Shown in pieces: positions 8,661 to 17,647 of a stretch of 35,968 nt of DNA. The first letter of the stretch is position 1, and every line of letters starts with the position of its first letter. Source of the DNA: Armatimonadota bacterium. GTDB lineage: Bacteria > Armatimonadota > UBA5829 > DTLH01. Position numbers and translations under genes: made by a program. The DNA lies in the NCBI GenBank assembly GCA_039680575.1, contig JBDKSP010000082.1:1-35968 (forward strand), in the 5' to 3' direction. A model generated the notes under the pieces. That model was not told the DNA's origin. It was given only the letters and a program-made list of their open reading frames with translations, and did not search any database.

Positions 8661-8739
8661 TAATATTTGCGATAGTCGTGTCTGTACACAACTCCGTTCC
8701 GGGGATTGATGCAAACGCGAACTAGGAGGGGGTGACCTC

Positions 8740-9078
8740 ATGGCTGATGATAGACCTGGCCCGGAACGAGGCTCCGAGGGAGCTCGGAAAATCGCTGAGG
8801 CCCATCGCGGCTCACATGAGCACGATAAAGAAGGTGGATTCGCCGCGAACCCTAAACTTGCAAAAGAAGCAGGACGGAAAGGCGGCGAAGCCGTTAAGAA
8901 AAAATATGGTCCGTCATTCTACCGTAAAATCGGGAAGAAGGGCGGTGAAACCGTCAAACAGGAACGAGGTTCCGAATTTTATGCTGAGATAGGCAGGCGC
9001 GGTGGTGAAATGCGAAGTTCACGCATGAAACAGCGCCGGGAAGAAGAAGCCCAGGAAGAGAAAAAAGGGCAGAAATAG
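8740..9078 (+). CDS. KGG-repeat general stress protein (GsiB/YciG-like hydrophilin)
   Basis: GGFAANPKLAKEAGRKGG, FYRKIGKKGG, FYAEIGRRGG; SD AGGAGG. Confidence 0.92.
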   Translation: MADDRPGPERGSEGARKIAEAHRGSHEHDKEGGFAANPKLAKEAGRKGGEAVKKKYGPSFYRKIGKKGGETVKQERGSEFYAEIGRRGGEMRSSRMKQRREEEAQEEKKGQK

Positions 9079-9158
9079 AGAACTCGCTGATAAATAATCC
9101 TGTCTGCATCATTTCAATGCAGGCGAATGCCTAAGGCGTAGAAGGTATACAATGCCTT

Positions 9159-10388
9159 TTACGCCTTCACATTTCTGTGCTGCACACGCCTCAACCCTAT
9201 TAACTGCATGGTCGCGCCGATAAACATAATACACGCTGCAATCAGAAACGTGTAGCGTAAATCCCAATGGTTGACTGCAAAGGATGCAGCAAGTTTCGCT
9301 CCGGCTATAGGTGCGATGGTTCCCCTTATTCCGATAAGAAAAGAAAAGAGCGCCTGGTAATGCGAGGTTCTTTCCTCCTCGGAAAAAGCCAGTATGCTGT
9401 TGAAATAGGCAAGCTCGATTCCTGCATTTGTTATCCCCGCTATGATATGAGCGGGCAGAAGCATCCACCAATTAGTCGAAATGCAGTATCCTAACGATAC
9501 AAATATTGTCAAATAAACGTTTACTACTGTTGCTTTGAGTGGGCTTCTCCGGTCCACATACCGCCCCCAGTAAAGATATGCGAACATCCAGGCTACGCTT
9601 TGCACATTCGTCAGGACCGCGAGCTGCCAATACTCCATATTGAGTGATTCATTCTGAAATATGGGGTATATCGGAAGGAGCATGATCGTCCCAAACCCGA
9701 ATACCAGGACAGATACGGCAAACCACCCAAAACCATGGTTCTGGAACGGGATAGCGAGCGAAGATTGTAAGAATTTAGCCGTCGAGCGCTTGTTTTCCAA
9801 TTCACGCTGGCTGGGATAAGCTGTCTTGATCCGGCTGAAAGCAGCCGATGACATCATGCCAAGAATTGCACCCACTGGAAATATCCACCTGTAGCTTACG
9901 GATTTCAGAAGCACACCTACGATGAGCGTCGCGATTATCGTAGTAAACGCTGTAATCACCCGGACATAGCCCATGATTCGTCCGCGGTGCTCGTCGGGAT
10001 ATATATCCTTCATAATCGCAGCGTAGGCAGGAGATGCGACTGTAGAGCAAAACTGGCCGACTATAACAACTAAACTGAAGGTAAGCGATGATGTAGCAAA
10101 GAGCATCGCGATAAAGACAGCGCGCGCAAAATACCACGATCCGACAGCAAACGGCATTTTGTGCTTCCCCTCCATCGCGTTAGCCCATAAAAGCGCAAAG
10201 CAATTGCCGATGAAGGGTGCTGCTGTCATTATCGCGAGCAAAAGCGGACTAGTATGCAGTTCTTTCTGCGCGATGAGCAGGACGAAAGGGAATATAATAC
10301 CAGTGTAGGATCCGGCAAGGCCTCCTGCCAATGAATCGTAATAATATGATCTACGCGCCTTTGCCGGCACTAGTTTTTCAAAAATCAC
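9159..10388 (-). CDS. MFS transporter
   Basis: About 12 TM segments; YP.EHRGRIMG and WGRYVDRRS loops. Confidence 0.9.
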   Translation of the reverse strand: MIFEKLVPAKARRSYYYDSLAGGLAGSYTGIIFPFVLLIAQKELHTSPLLLAIMTAAPFIGNCFALLWANAMEGKHKMPFAVGSWYFARAVFIAMLFATSSLTFSLVVIVGQFCSTVASPAYAAIMKDIYPDEHRGRIMGYVRVITAFTTIIATLIVGVLLKSVSYRWIFPVGAILGMMSSAAFSRIKTAYPSQRELENKRSTAKFLQSSLAIPFQNHGFGWFAVSVLVFGFGTIMLLPIYPIFQNESLNMEYWQLAVLTNVQSVAWMFAYLYWGRYVDRRSPLKATVVNVYLTIFVSLGYCISTNWWMLLPAHIIAGITNAGIELAYFNSILAFSEEERTSHYQALFSFLIGIRGTIAPIAGAKLAASFAVNHWDLRYTFLIAACIMFIGATMQLIGLRRVQHRNVKA

Positions 10389-10465
10389 TTGAAATCATTT
10401 CTCCAAACAAAAAGACCCCACCACATGTATACAGTGGAGCCTGCTGCATTTTAACCCTTCGGGGA

Positions 10466-12046
10466 TTAGAAAGTTACCTGTTTTACGTTCTCTATACCGT
10501 CTATGCACTCGATTTCATGCATCACATTGTCCGGTATCGGGCTATCCACACCCATTACCATAACAGCGCAGCTTCCACGCTTCATTCTTCCGACACTCAT
10601 TCCCGCTATATTGATCCCATGGCTGCCGAGCGTGCTTCCTACGCTTCCGATAACCCCTGGCCTGTCGATGTGCGGAGCAAACAGCATTGTCCCTTCAGGT
10701 ACAACATCGACCCTATAACCGTCCAATGACACTATATGGATATAGTCCTTGCCGAACACCGTTCCGCCGACTTGTTTGTTACCTTTGCCGGTAATCGCAT
10801 CGATCAAAATAAGCGAGGTGTATTCCCCCTTGGAAGGACTACGGCTTTCCGCGACATGGATCCCCCTTGATTCTGCTGTTACCAGTGCGTTTACGAAGTT
10901 GACCGTCTCACTTAATATGGGTTTCAGCAGTCCTACCAGAACAGCACGGGTGATCGGACCGGTTTCCTCATTAGCCACTTCTCCCCTATACGAAATGTTG
11001 ACGGAATCTATCCTCCCATCAGCTGTATTCGTAAGAATCGAGCCCATCCGTTCTGCAAGAGCAAGATATGGCTTAATACTGTCATAGACTTCAGGTGAAA
11101 TCACAGGCATATTGACCGCTGCGCGTACCGGCTTACCTCGCAGATAATCGATTATCTGCTCCGCTACATCCACAGCCACTCTGTTCTGGGCTTCTTTTGT
11201 GGATGCGCCCAGATGAGGAGTTGTAATGGTGTTCGCCATGTCCAGCAGCGGATTATCGGGAGAAACCGGCTCACTGGAGTAGACATCCAGAGCTGCTCCG
11301 GCCACTTTGCCATCCTTTAGCGCACCGGTAAGAGCAGCCTCATCAATAATACCTCCGCGCGCCACATTTATAATGCGGACCCCGTCCTTCATCGCCCTAA
11401 TCTCAGCCGATCCGATAAGCCCTTCGGTTTCTTTGTTCTTTGGAAGATGAAGAGTTATATAATCACTTTCCCGTAAGAGCTGCTCCATGTCAACTAACTG
11501 CACACCCAGCTTCTTTACTGCCTCAGCAGGAAGAAATGGATCATAACCGATAACTCGCATGCCAAAAGCCAGAGCGCGCTTTGCTACCTCGCGACCGATT
11601 TTGCCAAGCCCAAGTACGCCTAAGATTTTATTATATACTTCTACACCAATATATCGATTGCGCTCCCATTCACCCCTCTTTACTGACTGATCGGCAGCGG
11701 GAATGTTCCGCGATAGCGCGAGCAAATGTGCCATCGTCAACTCCGCGGCGGCTATCATGTTTCCTTCAGGAGAGTTGACGACCACAATACCCTGCTTTGT
11801 TGCGGCAGGCACGTCGATGCTATCCACCCCTACCCCGGCTCTTCCGATAATACGGAGCTTTTTGGCTGCAGCGATAACGTCGGATGTTACCTGTGTCGCA
11901 CTTCTAACCACAAGAGCATCATATTCACCTATCGAGGCTAATAGTTCATCCTTTGTAAGAGCAGTCCTTATATCAACTTGCGCCGTACGCTTCAGGATGT
12001 TTATTCCTTCCGCTGATATCTTGTCAGCCACGAGGATCCTTGCCAT
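10466..12046 (-). CDS. serA: D-3-phosphoglycerate dehydrogenase (long form with ASB and ACT domains)
   Basis: LVVRSAT, GRAGVGVD, GLGKIG, INVARGGII, TPHLGAST.EAQ, C-terminal DRPGVIG ACT domain; ATG at 12046 follows AAAGGA. Confidence 0.97.
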   Translation of the reverse strand: MARILVADKISAEGINILKRTAQVDIRTALTKDELLASIGEYDALVVRSATQVTSDVIAAAKKLRIIGRAGVGVDSIDVPAATKQGIVVVNSPEGNMIAAAELTMAHLLALSRNIPAADQSVKRGEWERNRYIGVEVYNKILGVLGLGKIGREVAKRALAFGMRVIGYDPFLPAEAVKKLGVQLVDMEQLLRESDYITLHLPKNKETEGLIGSAEIRAMKDGVRIINVARGGIIDEAALTGALKDGKVAGAALDVYSSEPVSPDNPLLDMANTITTPHLGASTKEAQNRVAVDVAEQIIDYLRGKPVRAAVNMPVISPEVYDSIKPYLALAERMGSILTNTADGRIDSVNISYRGEVANEETGPITRAVLVGLLKPILSETVNFVNALVTAESRGIHVAESRSPSKGEYTSLILIDAITGKGNKQVGGTVFGKDYIHIVSLDGYRVDVVPEGTMLFAPHIDRPGVIGSVGSTLGSHGINIAGMSVGRMKRGSCAVMVMGVDSPIPDNVMHEIECIDGIENVKQVTF

Positions 12047-12234
12047 AAAATATATGCTTCCTTTCGCTCCTAAGGACTTGTTCATCATTGTATATAATTA
12101 TCGAGTTAGACGTAAGCACAATGGAAACCTTCAACTATATATAATTCAAGATTTTTTGCTAAGAACGCGGTTATGGTTCTAATCTTGCAGTAGAACTTAA
12201 GGGAGTATTTCTGAGTTTGGGCTTTCGAGTAACA

Positions 12235-12273
12235 TTTACATTATTGTTACAAGAATGTTGTCATAACGTTGCA
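12235..12273 (+). promoter_or_regulatory. Four hexamers at 11-bp period (OmpR/PhoP-type site candidate)
   Basis: TTTACA 12235, GTTACA 12246, GTTGTC 12257, GTTGCA 12268. Confidence 0.45.
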
Positions 12274-12304
12274 TAGTTCTGGTAGCGTTTGTTTACAGAT
12301 TTCG

Positions 12305-12322
12305 ACCTGAAGAGTTTCAGGT
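12305..12322. promoter_or_regulatory. Lux-box-like 18-bp palindrome
   Basis: ACCTGAA-GAGT-TTCAGGT with perfect 7-bp arms, 30 bp upstream of a SigB-type -35. Confidence 0.6.
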
Positions 12323-12352
12323 ATTAACTGAGACTCTTTGACCTACCTTATT

Positions 12353-12378
12353 GTTTTGCTTGTCTGTAGGATGGGTAG
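12353..12378 (+). promoter_or_regulatory. SigB/SigF-type promoter facing the sigma-luxR pair
   Basis: GTTTTG-N14-GGGTAG; weaker second copy GTTTTG-N14-GAGTAA at 12663-12688. Confidence 0.6.
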
Positions 12379-12460
12379 TAGGCTCTATATTGCATTGTTC
12401 GTGAATATACTGAACAGTGCTTTATCAGCAAATTATTATGAATTCTCCAGTCACGGCCTC

Positions 12461-12600
12461 ATTATGGCGTCCGTGGAACTGAACCGTCGCATGACGCGGC
12501 GCTCCGACACTTTACATTGCCGATAAGGACCCGAACCATAGGATTTAGAATATCACTATAATCGGAAACACCGTAAGGTAGCGACGAATAGCGCCATTAT
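12461..12600. ncRNA. Candidate structured RNA (long imperfect hairpin)
   Basis: Nested pairings ATGGCGT/GCGCCAT, CGTCGC/GCGACG, GCGG/CCGT, TCCGA/TCGGA, GATA/TATC; family and strand unresolved. Confidence 0.35.
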
Positions 12601-12894
12601 ATGTTTTTTGGCTTTTTCCCTTGATATTTCCAGGTAGAAGCGATGGGAGACCTGCCTACAGAGTTTTGGTAGTTGATGTAACGAGTAATAAAATCGTTCC
12701 ATCCAAAACTCTTTCAGGAGAGTTTCCGGTATAAGCGTAAAACCAACAGATGCATCATCATTGACTGGTTATGTGTCCGTAGGTTTCTACATCAATACCC
12801 GAAGCTCCCTAGATGCAGGCTCACCAATCGCCGAAAAAGAAGCAAGGTAACGGGGAAGAATGTTGTGCCATGCCGATGAAAGGAGGCTGGACAC

Positions 12895-13785
12895 ATGGAC
12901 AGTGAAACGCTGCAACTGTCTGATCATCATCAGGGTGGTAAGCGCTCAGGTGCTGCCATATCCGATTCCATGGATATGTATCTGAACAGGATCGGAAGGC
13001 GGCCACTGCTTTCACATGCAAAGGAAATCGAAATCGCCCGGCTTGTTGCCGCAGGCGATGCTGAAGCAAAGAAAACGCTTGTCGAGTGCAATCTCAAGCT
13101 TGTCGTCAGTATTGCTAAGATGTATTCCAGGTCAGGCATTCCGCTTCCGGACTTGATTCAGGAAGGGAATATAGGTCTTATCAAGGCTGTTGAATCATTC
13201 GATTATACGAAAGGGTTCAGATTCAGCACCTATGCAGTAGCTTGGATCAGACAGGCCATTACCCGCTCTATCGAGCGGCATGGACGCACTATACGGGTCC
13301 CGAGCTATGTAATCCAGTCGATCCGAAAACTTCATCGGCTTCAGTGCAGCTTGATGAACGAATTCGGCCGTGATCCTACAATCGATGAGTTAGCTCAGCA
13401 GGCTGGACTAACTCAAGAACAGGTTACAAAGCTTCTGGAATCGTCTGAGGGGCTTGTATCGCTTGATGAATGTATCAGTGAAAATGGCGCTACAGCCCTT
13501 ATGGAAAGGCTGATAGACGCAACGTCCGAAGACCCGGAAGCTAGAGCTTTGAGGCATGAGATCGCGGAGATCGTCACAAAACTCGTAGAAGGGCTTAGCA
13601 CCCAGGAAAAATTGATAATTGAAAAACGGTTTGGCTTGGACGATGGAGCCACGTCAACCCTGCAGGAAATAGGCCAACAACTGCATATAACAAGAGAAAG
13701 AGTACGGCAATTGGAAGCCAGAGCTCTCAGGAAACTTCGCATAGCCGCTACCAGAAACCGGCTGGACGGCTACTTTGTAATATAA
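12895..13785 (+). CDS. Sigma-70 family factor, RpoD/RpoS-like, lacking region 1.1
   Basis: Region 1.2 DSMDMYLNRIGRRPLL; DLIQEGNIGLIKAVESFDYTKGFRFSTYA; RTIRVP; TLQEIG....TRERVRQLE; SD AAGGAGG. Confidence 0.95.
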   Translation: MDSETLQLSDHHQGGKRSGAAISDSMDMYLNRIGRRPLLSHAKEIEIARLVAAGDAEAKKTLVECNLKLVVSIAKMYSRSGIPLPDLIQEGNIGLIKAVESFDYTKGFRFSTYAVAWIRQAITRSIERHGRTIRVPSYVIQSIRKLHRLQCSLMNEFGRDPTIDELAQQAGLTQEQVTKLLESSEGLVSLDECISENGATALMERLIDATSEDPEARALRHEIAEIVTKLVEGLSTQEKLIIEKRFGLDDGATSTLQEIGQQLHITRERVRQLEARALRKLRIAATRNRLDGYFVI

Positions 13786-13816
13786 AGCAGTTACCCAAAA
13801 ATACAGGAGAGAGGGT

Positions 13817-14077
13817 GTGGGTAGAATGGAGGCTTGTACTGCTGTATCGCCGCGTAGTATCTGCGACGATGAAGTACTTTCTCGACTCACGGAGAGGGAG
13901 CGAGAAATATTACGGCTGATCTTCGACGGTAAATGTTCAAACGAAGTAGCCAGTATATTGTGCGTAAGCAAACGGACAGTTGATTTTCATCTGGCAAGAG
14001 CTTACGTGAAATTGGGAGTATCGAATAGATTTCAAGCGTTCAAAAAAGCGATTGAACTTGGGATAATAGAGTCTTAA
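13817..14077 (+). CDS. Stand-alone LuxR/GerE-type helix-turn-helix regulator
   Basis: LTEREREILRLIFDGKCSNEVASILCVSKRTVDFHLARAYVKLGVSNR; no receiver or ligand domain. Confidence 0.92.
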   Translation: MGRMEACTAVSPRSICDDEVLSRLTEREREILRLIFDGKCSNEVASILCVSKRTVDFHLARAYVKLGVSNRFQAFKKAIELGIIES

Positions 14078-14098
14078 CTGCTTTGATTGCTGTAAATT

Positions 14099-14139
14099 CC
14101 GGAGACTGCTGGCCGGTAAGGGAGTCTCCGGTTATTTTT
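14099..14139 (+). terminator. Hairpin terminator between convergent genes
   Basis: CCGGAGACT (14099-14107) pairs with AGTCTCCGG (14123-14131), then TTATTTTT. Confidence 0.55.
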
Positions 14140-15025
14140 GTGTGTTCCCCGACAGAGTTCGAATCATGTCCTTCGTCTTCGCCACGTCAGATGCTGCTAC
14201 AACCACATACTCTGCGCCACTGTTATCTACAGCATCAACTACCTCTTTTTCCGACAGGATTGCCTGTTCATCTTCTTCTGAAAATTCGATGTGTTCAGCA
14301 GTTGCGAATTGTTCCGAAAGTCTTACGATCCGAATATCTGGATTATCAAGATGAACCTTCATCGGCTTACCCGCGGAAAGAGCAAGCAGTGTCTCAAACA
14401 ACTCGACATCCGGGTCCGATAGCTCGGAGTGATGTGACCTGGTCTCTTCATCAACCATGCGCGAAAATAATACTACCAGCGAATCCGCTCCCTGTGAAAT
14501 GGCGATTTCTGCGTCCTGGATAGATGAGACGACAGCGGAAACGAGTACAACCCGGCCATTCTGTGTTCTAGCGGGTAGATGTGCGGATTCCAGAAACACC
14601 CGGCTCATCTGCTGAGAGGCCTGGTTATTCTGATAGCGAATGACTGTTTCCGCATTCGGATCGATATAAACAACCCCCTCATCTCCATCAATTATCACCA
14701 ACTGCTCGCAGTCGAGCGATTGAAGAAGTCCGCCTACACCCGAAACACAGGGAACCGCTATCGGGAGCCCTGGCTGATCGTCTGTTTCCGAAACAATTCC
14801 GGCCGTACGTATTCCAGGTATTCTTACGGCAGAGCCTATGGAGAGCAGATCACATATTATTATCGCTTCCGGATAATCATCCGGCTTAAGTCCCATCTTC
14901 AATGATTTGAGACCCTGCCTCATGATGTTTTCCGGTACTCCTGACAGGCCGCTTTGAATATCGACGACGGTGGCCATTGCAATCGCGACTCCCTGTATAC
15001 GGGGCGTTCCATGAAGCTCACGCAT
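14132..15025 (-). CDS. Degenerate PTS Enzyme I-like (PEP-utilising mobile domain) protein lacking the phospho-His motif
   Basis: LHG.P...GVAIA start, VPCVSGV, VIIDGDEGVVYIDP, PART.NG..V.V.A.V....DAE.A...GAD are EI-like; TSH motif absent; only 297 aa. Confidence 0.7.
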   Translation of the reverse strand: MRELHGTPRIQGVAIAMATVVDIQSGLSGVPENIMRQGLKSLKMGLKPDDYPEAIIICDLLSIGSAVRIPGIRTAGIVSETDDQPGLPIAVPCVSGVGGLLQSLDCEQLVIIDGDEGVVYIDPNAETVIRYQNNQASQQMSRVFLESAHLPARTQNGRVVLVSAVVSSIQDAEIAISQGADSLVVLFSRMVDEETRSHHSELSDPDVELFETLLALSAGKPMKVHLDNPDIRIVRLSEQFATAEHIEFSEEDEQAILSEKEVVDAVDNSGAEYVVVAASDVAKTKDMIRTLSGNTQK

Positions 15026-15037
15026 AAGGTTCCACCA

Positions 15038-15838
15038 TCACCGACTGCTGCTTTCTTGAGGCTTGGGAGGAGTCTTTTCCGTTTCTTCCGTCTCATCATC
15101 AAGGTTTACCTCGACAGTTGCGCTGCCGTTATCGGCCTCAAGCCATTCGGCGCCTTCCTTGAGCGACGCTTTGACTGTTCCGGGCGAAGTAAATGTCTGT
15201 CCCTTCTCATCCGTTGCTTTGACGCCGCCGGTGAGAGTCAAAAGCTCCTGTTTGACATCGTAAACAGCCTTTTGTGCAACGATCACCCGCTTTTTCTGCG
15301 TCACTTTGATGTTTCCGTCGGCTGCCGCCACTTTTTTCTTATAAAAATACTCGAGTTTATCACATGTGATAGTTGAAGGATTACGAAGCTGCACCTGCAC
15401 AGATTCCTCGTTCTTTGCTGTATCTGATCCTTTTGGCTTTGTGACCAGCTTAACATTGCCGTCGACTACACTTCTACGTTCCTTCAGGTAAGCTACACCT
15501 TTTGTCCCGGTTATGTCGTTCTCAGGATCGACGATCTTGAAATTTCCCTCAGCGACTACAATTTCTGTCTTCTTGGTGTATACAGCCCGGTCTGATGTCA
15601 TCGTCATGTCCTGATACTTCACTATTACGTTCCCGGTTATCGTATATACCCGTGCATCGGCATCTCCCTGGACCTTCCAATGGTCACCATTAATGGTCGC
15701 TGATTCCTTTTTCGGCTTTGCCGGTTGCCCATCGTCCGGCGCACCGACACTCAGCGTAACTGCGATAACCGCGAAAGCCACTACCGTGAGAAATGTCATC
15801 ATCTTTTTACTAAACTTTGAGGCAGCATAGCTTCTCAT
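15038..15838 (-). CDS. lptA: LptA/OstA-family periplasmic beta-jellyroll protein
   Basis: Signal peptide; repeated TGNV.V, AEGN.KI, DGNVKL, ADGNIKV, LTGGV jellyroll motifs; coupled to the lptC-like gene. Confidence 0.8.
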   Translation of the reverse strand: MRSYAASKFSKKMMTFLTVVAFAVIAVTLSVGAPDDGQPAKPKKESATINGDHWKVQGDADARVYTITGNVIVKYQDMTMTSDRAVYTKKTEIVVAEGNFKIVDPENDITGTKGVAYLKERRSVVDGNVKLVTKPKGSDTAKNEESVQVQLRNPSTITCDKLEYFYKKKVAAADGNIKVTQKKRVIVAQKAVYDVKQELLTLTGGVKATDEKGQTFTSPGTVKASLKEGAEWLEADNGSATVEVNLDDETEETEKTPPKPQESSSR

Positions 15839-16443
15839 TACGTTTTATCCTTCACTCTCTTACCGGACTCGACAATATCTCCGATCTCGACAACCATTTT
15901 TGCTTTTTCCATCCTGACTTCCTGATTATCGATGTCCGCGACCAGATCTCGCCCTACCAACACGTTTCCATCGGCAGTGAAACTGACTTTTCCAGGGCAT
16001 CTGAGCTCTTTCATATAGCTAGACCACCGTGCCTGCGCTGCCTGAGCGGTGTATCCTTGAACCGATACGACCTTAACGCCATTCGTCACTTCTACATCGC
16101 CGGTAGATGAATCGTAAACAGCTCTTCCTGCATTAATGGTCACAACACGCTTTCCATCGTTGAACAGCCTGCCGTCCGATATGCCGATCAGCTCCGTTCT
16201 GGATCGCCCACGAGATACATTAGCCCGCTTTGCCTGAAAACTCCATATCTTATTACCGCCGGAACGGCCTATAACTTCTACGTTTTTCAGGCTTAAAATG
16301 ATTCTGGGATTACCCACGATTTTATTCGTAATTTGATACGGCGAGTACTTCCACAGGCAAGCGAGCATAATTATCAGCCCTGCTGTTATGGCCAACACTG
16401 CCATGCTTATTAGGTATTTTCGCTTGTTCGTGTTCTTCATCAT
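15838..16443 (-). CDS. lptC: LptC-like LPS export protein
   Basis: Single N-terminal TM; G.KIWSFQAKRA, I.AGRAVYDS.TGDV, L.CPG.V, LVG..L.ADI. Confidence 0.75.
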   Translation of the reverse strand: MMKNTNKRKYLISMAVLAITAGLIIMLACLWKYSPYQITNKIVGNPRIILSLKNVEVIGRSGGNKIWSFQAKRANVSRGRSRTELIGISDGRLFNDGKRVVTINAGRAVYDSSTGDVEVTNGVKVVSVQGYTAQAAQARWSSYMKELRCPGKVSFTADGNVLVGRDLVADIDNQEVRMEKAKMVVEIGDIVESGKRVKDKT

Positions 16444-16463
16444 ATGGTAGAAACTGCCGCATA

Positions 16464-16503
16464 TAAAGCAAACTCCCCCTGATCCGAAGTTTCAGGGGGA
16501 GTT
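16464..16503 (-). terminator. Hairpin between the lipoprotein cluster and lptC
   Basis: AACTCCCCCTGA (16471-16482) pairs with TCAGGGGGAGTT (16492-16503); weak U-tract on minus. Confidence 0.6.
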
Positions 16504-16517
16504 GTTGACCAGGTAAA

Positions 16518-16967
16518 CTAGAGCACCGGCGCTGGCGGCGCTTCATCGTAACTTATCAAATATATAGTACCAAGATTTTGTCCTGTAGCAGGCGCACTCG
16601 GGAGTGTAATCGATTTCGCATTATATGCCGTTCCATTTATCTTGGCCCAGAAATTATAATAACCTTCTCCCGGAGTCGCACTGCTGCCGTCTACGGAATA
16701 GGTCTTTGCAGTCGGAATGGAGGATAGTTCCATTCTGAACTTCCCGCTGCTGTCAGTCTTTACGACAGTGGTGCCGACAGTGATTTTTGCGCCGACAATC
16801 GCTGTAGTCGTACCATTCACCAAAACGGTTCCGGTAAGAACATACTTATCGGAATCGTTGCTATCATCATCACTGCTGCTGCTGCTTCCACCGCCGCCTC
16901 CACCGCAGCCGATCACGGCTACAGCGAGCAGTGCCAATAATGAAATCATTATTATATTTCGACTCAT
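16518..16967 (-). CDS. Lipoprotein with one carboxypeptidase-regulatory-like (transthyretin-like) domain
   Basis: Lipobox AVIGC, Gly/Ser/Asp linker, LTGTV......I.GAKI.V....TDSSGKF. Confidence 0.8.
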   Translation of the reverse strand: MSRNIIMISLLALLAVAVIGCGGGGGGSSSSSDDDSNDSDKYVLTGTVLVNGTTTAIVGAKITVGTTVVKTDSSGKFRMELSSIPTAKTYSVDGSSATPGEGYYNFWAKINGTAYNAKSITLPSAPATGQNLGTIYLISYDEAPPAPVL

Positions 16968-17023
16968 TCTCTCTTGTCTCCTACTAGAGATTCTCCCGGT
17001 GGACTCGGACCGGAAACCGCTTT

Positions 17024-17647
17024 CTATTTAGCAAGTGTAATATTGACTGTGACGACTTTTGTCAGGTCACTTATTGTTACCGATTGTTCCTTGGTTACGA
17101 AACCTGACTTTGCCGCGCGGACTTTATATGTTCCGGACGGAGCCCAAAAATAGTACTTACCGTCGCTCGATGTAGTCTTTTGTTCATAAGTAGTCGTGCC
17201 GGAGAGCAGTGTCACCGTGACTCCTGATGCATTTGACTCGCCGGTAAGCGTTATTGTTCCTTCCAGCGTACGAGGAGTAACATCAGGAGGATCGCCGCTC
17301 AACGGTGCCATCTTTACGGTATCAGACAGTGTATTACTGCCTGCTGTTATTGTAACAGATACTGAACTGATCTCATAATCATCTAGTTGTGCCGTAAGTG
17401 TTCCACTGCCGGTGGACAGTCCAGTCAGTGTGAATTTCCCATCAGAACCAGTAGTTGTACTCGATCCACCAAGCGCGACACGAACTCCGGAGAGCGCCTC
17501 ATCTGTTGAGCCATCGACGACTTTCCCGGTCAGAGTAGCTCCGCCGCCACCGCCTCCTCCTCCGCATCCGGCAAGAATAACGGCTGCTACGGCAATTATT
17601 GCTATTATGTTAAACCATTTTCTCATCGATTTACTTCCATCCATCAT
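17024..17647 (-). CDS. Lipoprotein with two carboxypeptidase-regulatory-like domains (alternative start 17626)
   Basis: Lipobox ILAGC, poly-Gly, LTGKVVDG...ALSGVRV, TT.SDGK..F...SGTYKVRAAKSGF. Confidence 0.85.
   Translation of the reverse strand: MMDGSKSMRKWFNIIAIIAVAAVILAGCGGGGGGGGATLTGKVVDGSTDEALSGVRVALGGSSTTTGSDGKFTLTGLSTGSGTLTAQLDDYEISSVSVTITAGSNTLSDTVKMAPLSGDPPDVTPRTLEGTITLTGESNASGVTVTLLSGTTTYEQKTTSSDGKYYFWAPSGTYKVRAAKSGFVTKEQSVTISDLTKVVTVNITLAK

Noticed and set aside
12338..12526. 62-aa ORF in the serA-sigma gap
   Set aside because: TTG start without SD; overlaps promoter motifs; no family resemblance
12562..12600. GGAAAC-ACC-GTAA-GGT-AGCGACG as a c-di-GMP-I riboswitch
   Set aside because: Only a 3-bp GNRA stem; lacks GACGCAAAG and a P3 stem; kept only as part of the unassigned hairpin
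16476..16497. CCTGA...GAAGTTTCAGG as another lux-box-like site
   Set aside because: Arm spacing differs and the sequence is explained as a terminator-like stem
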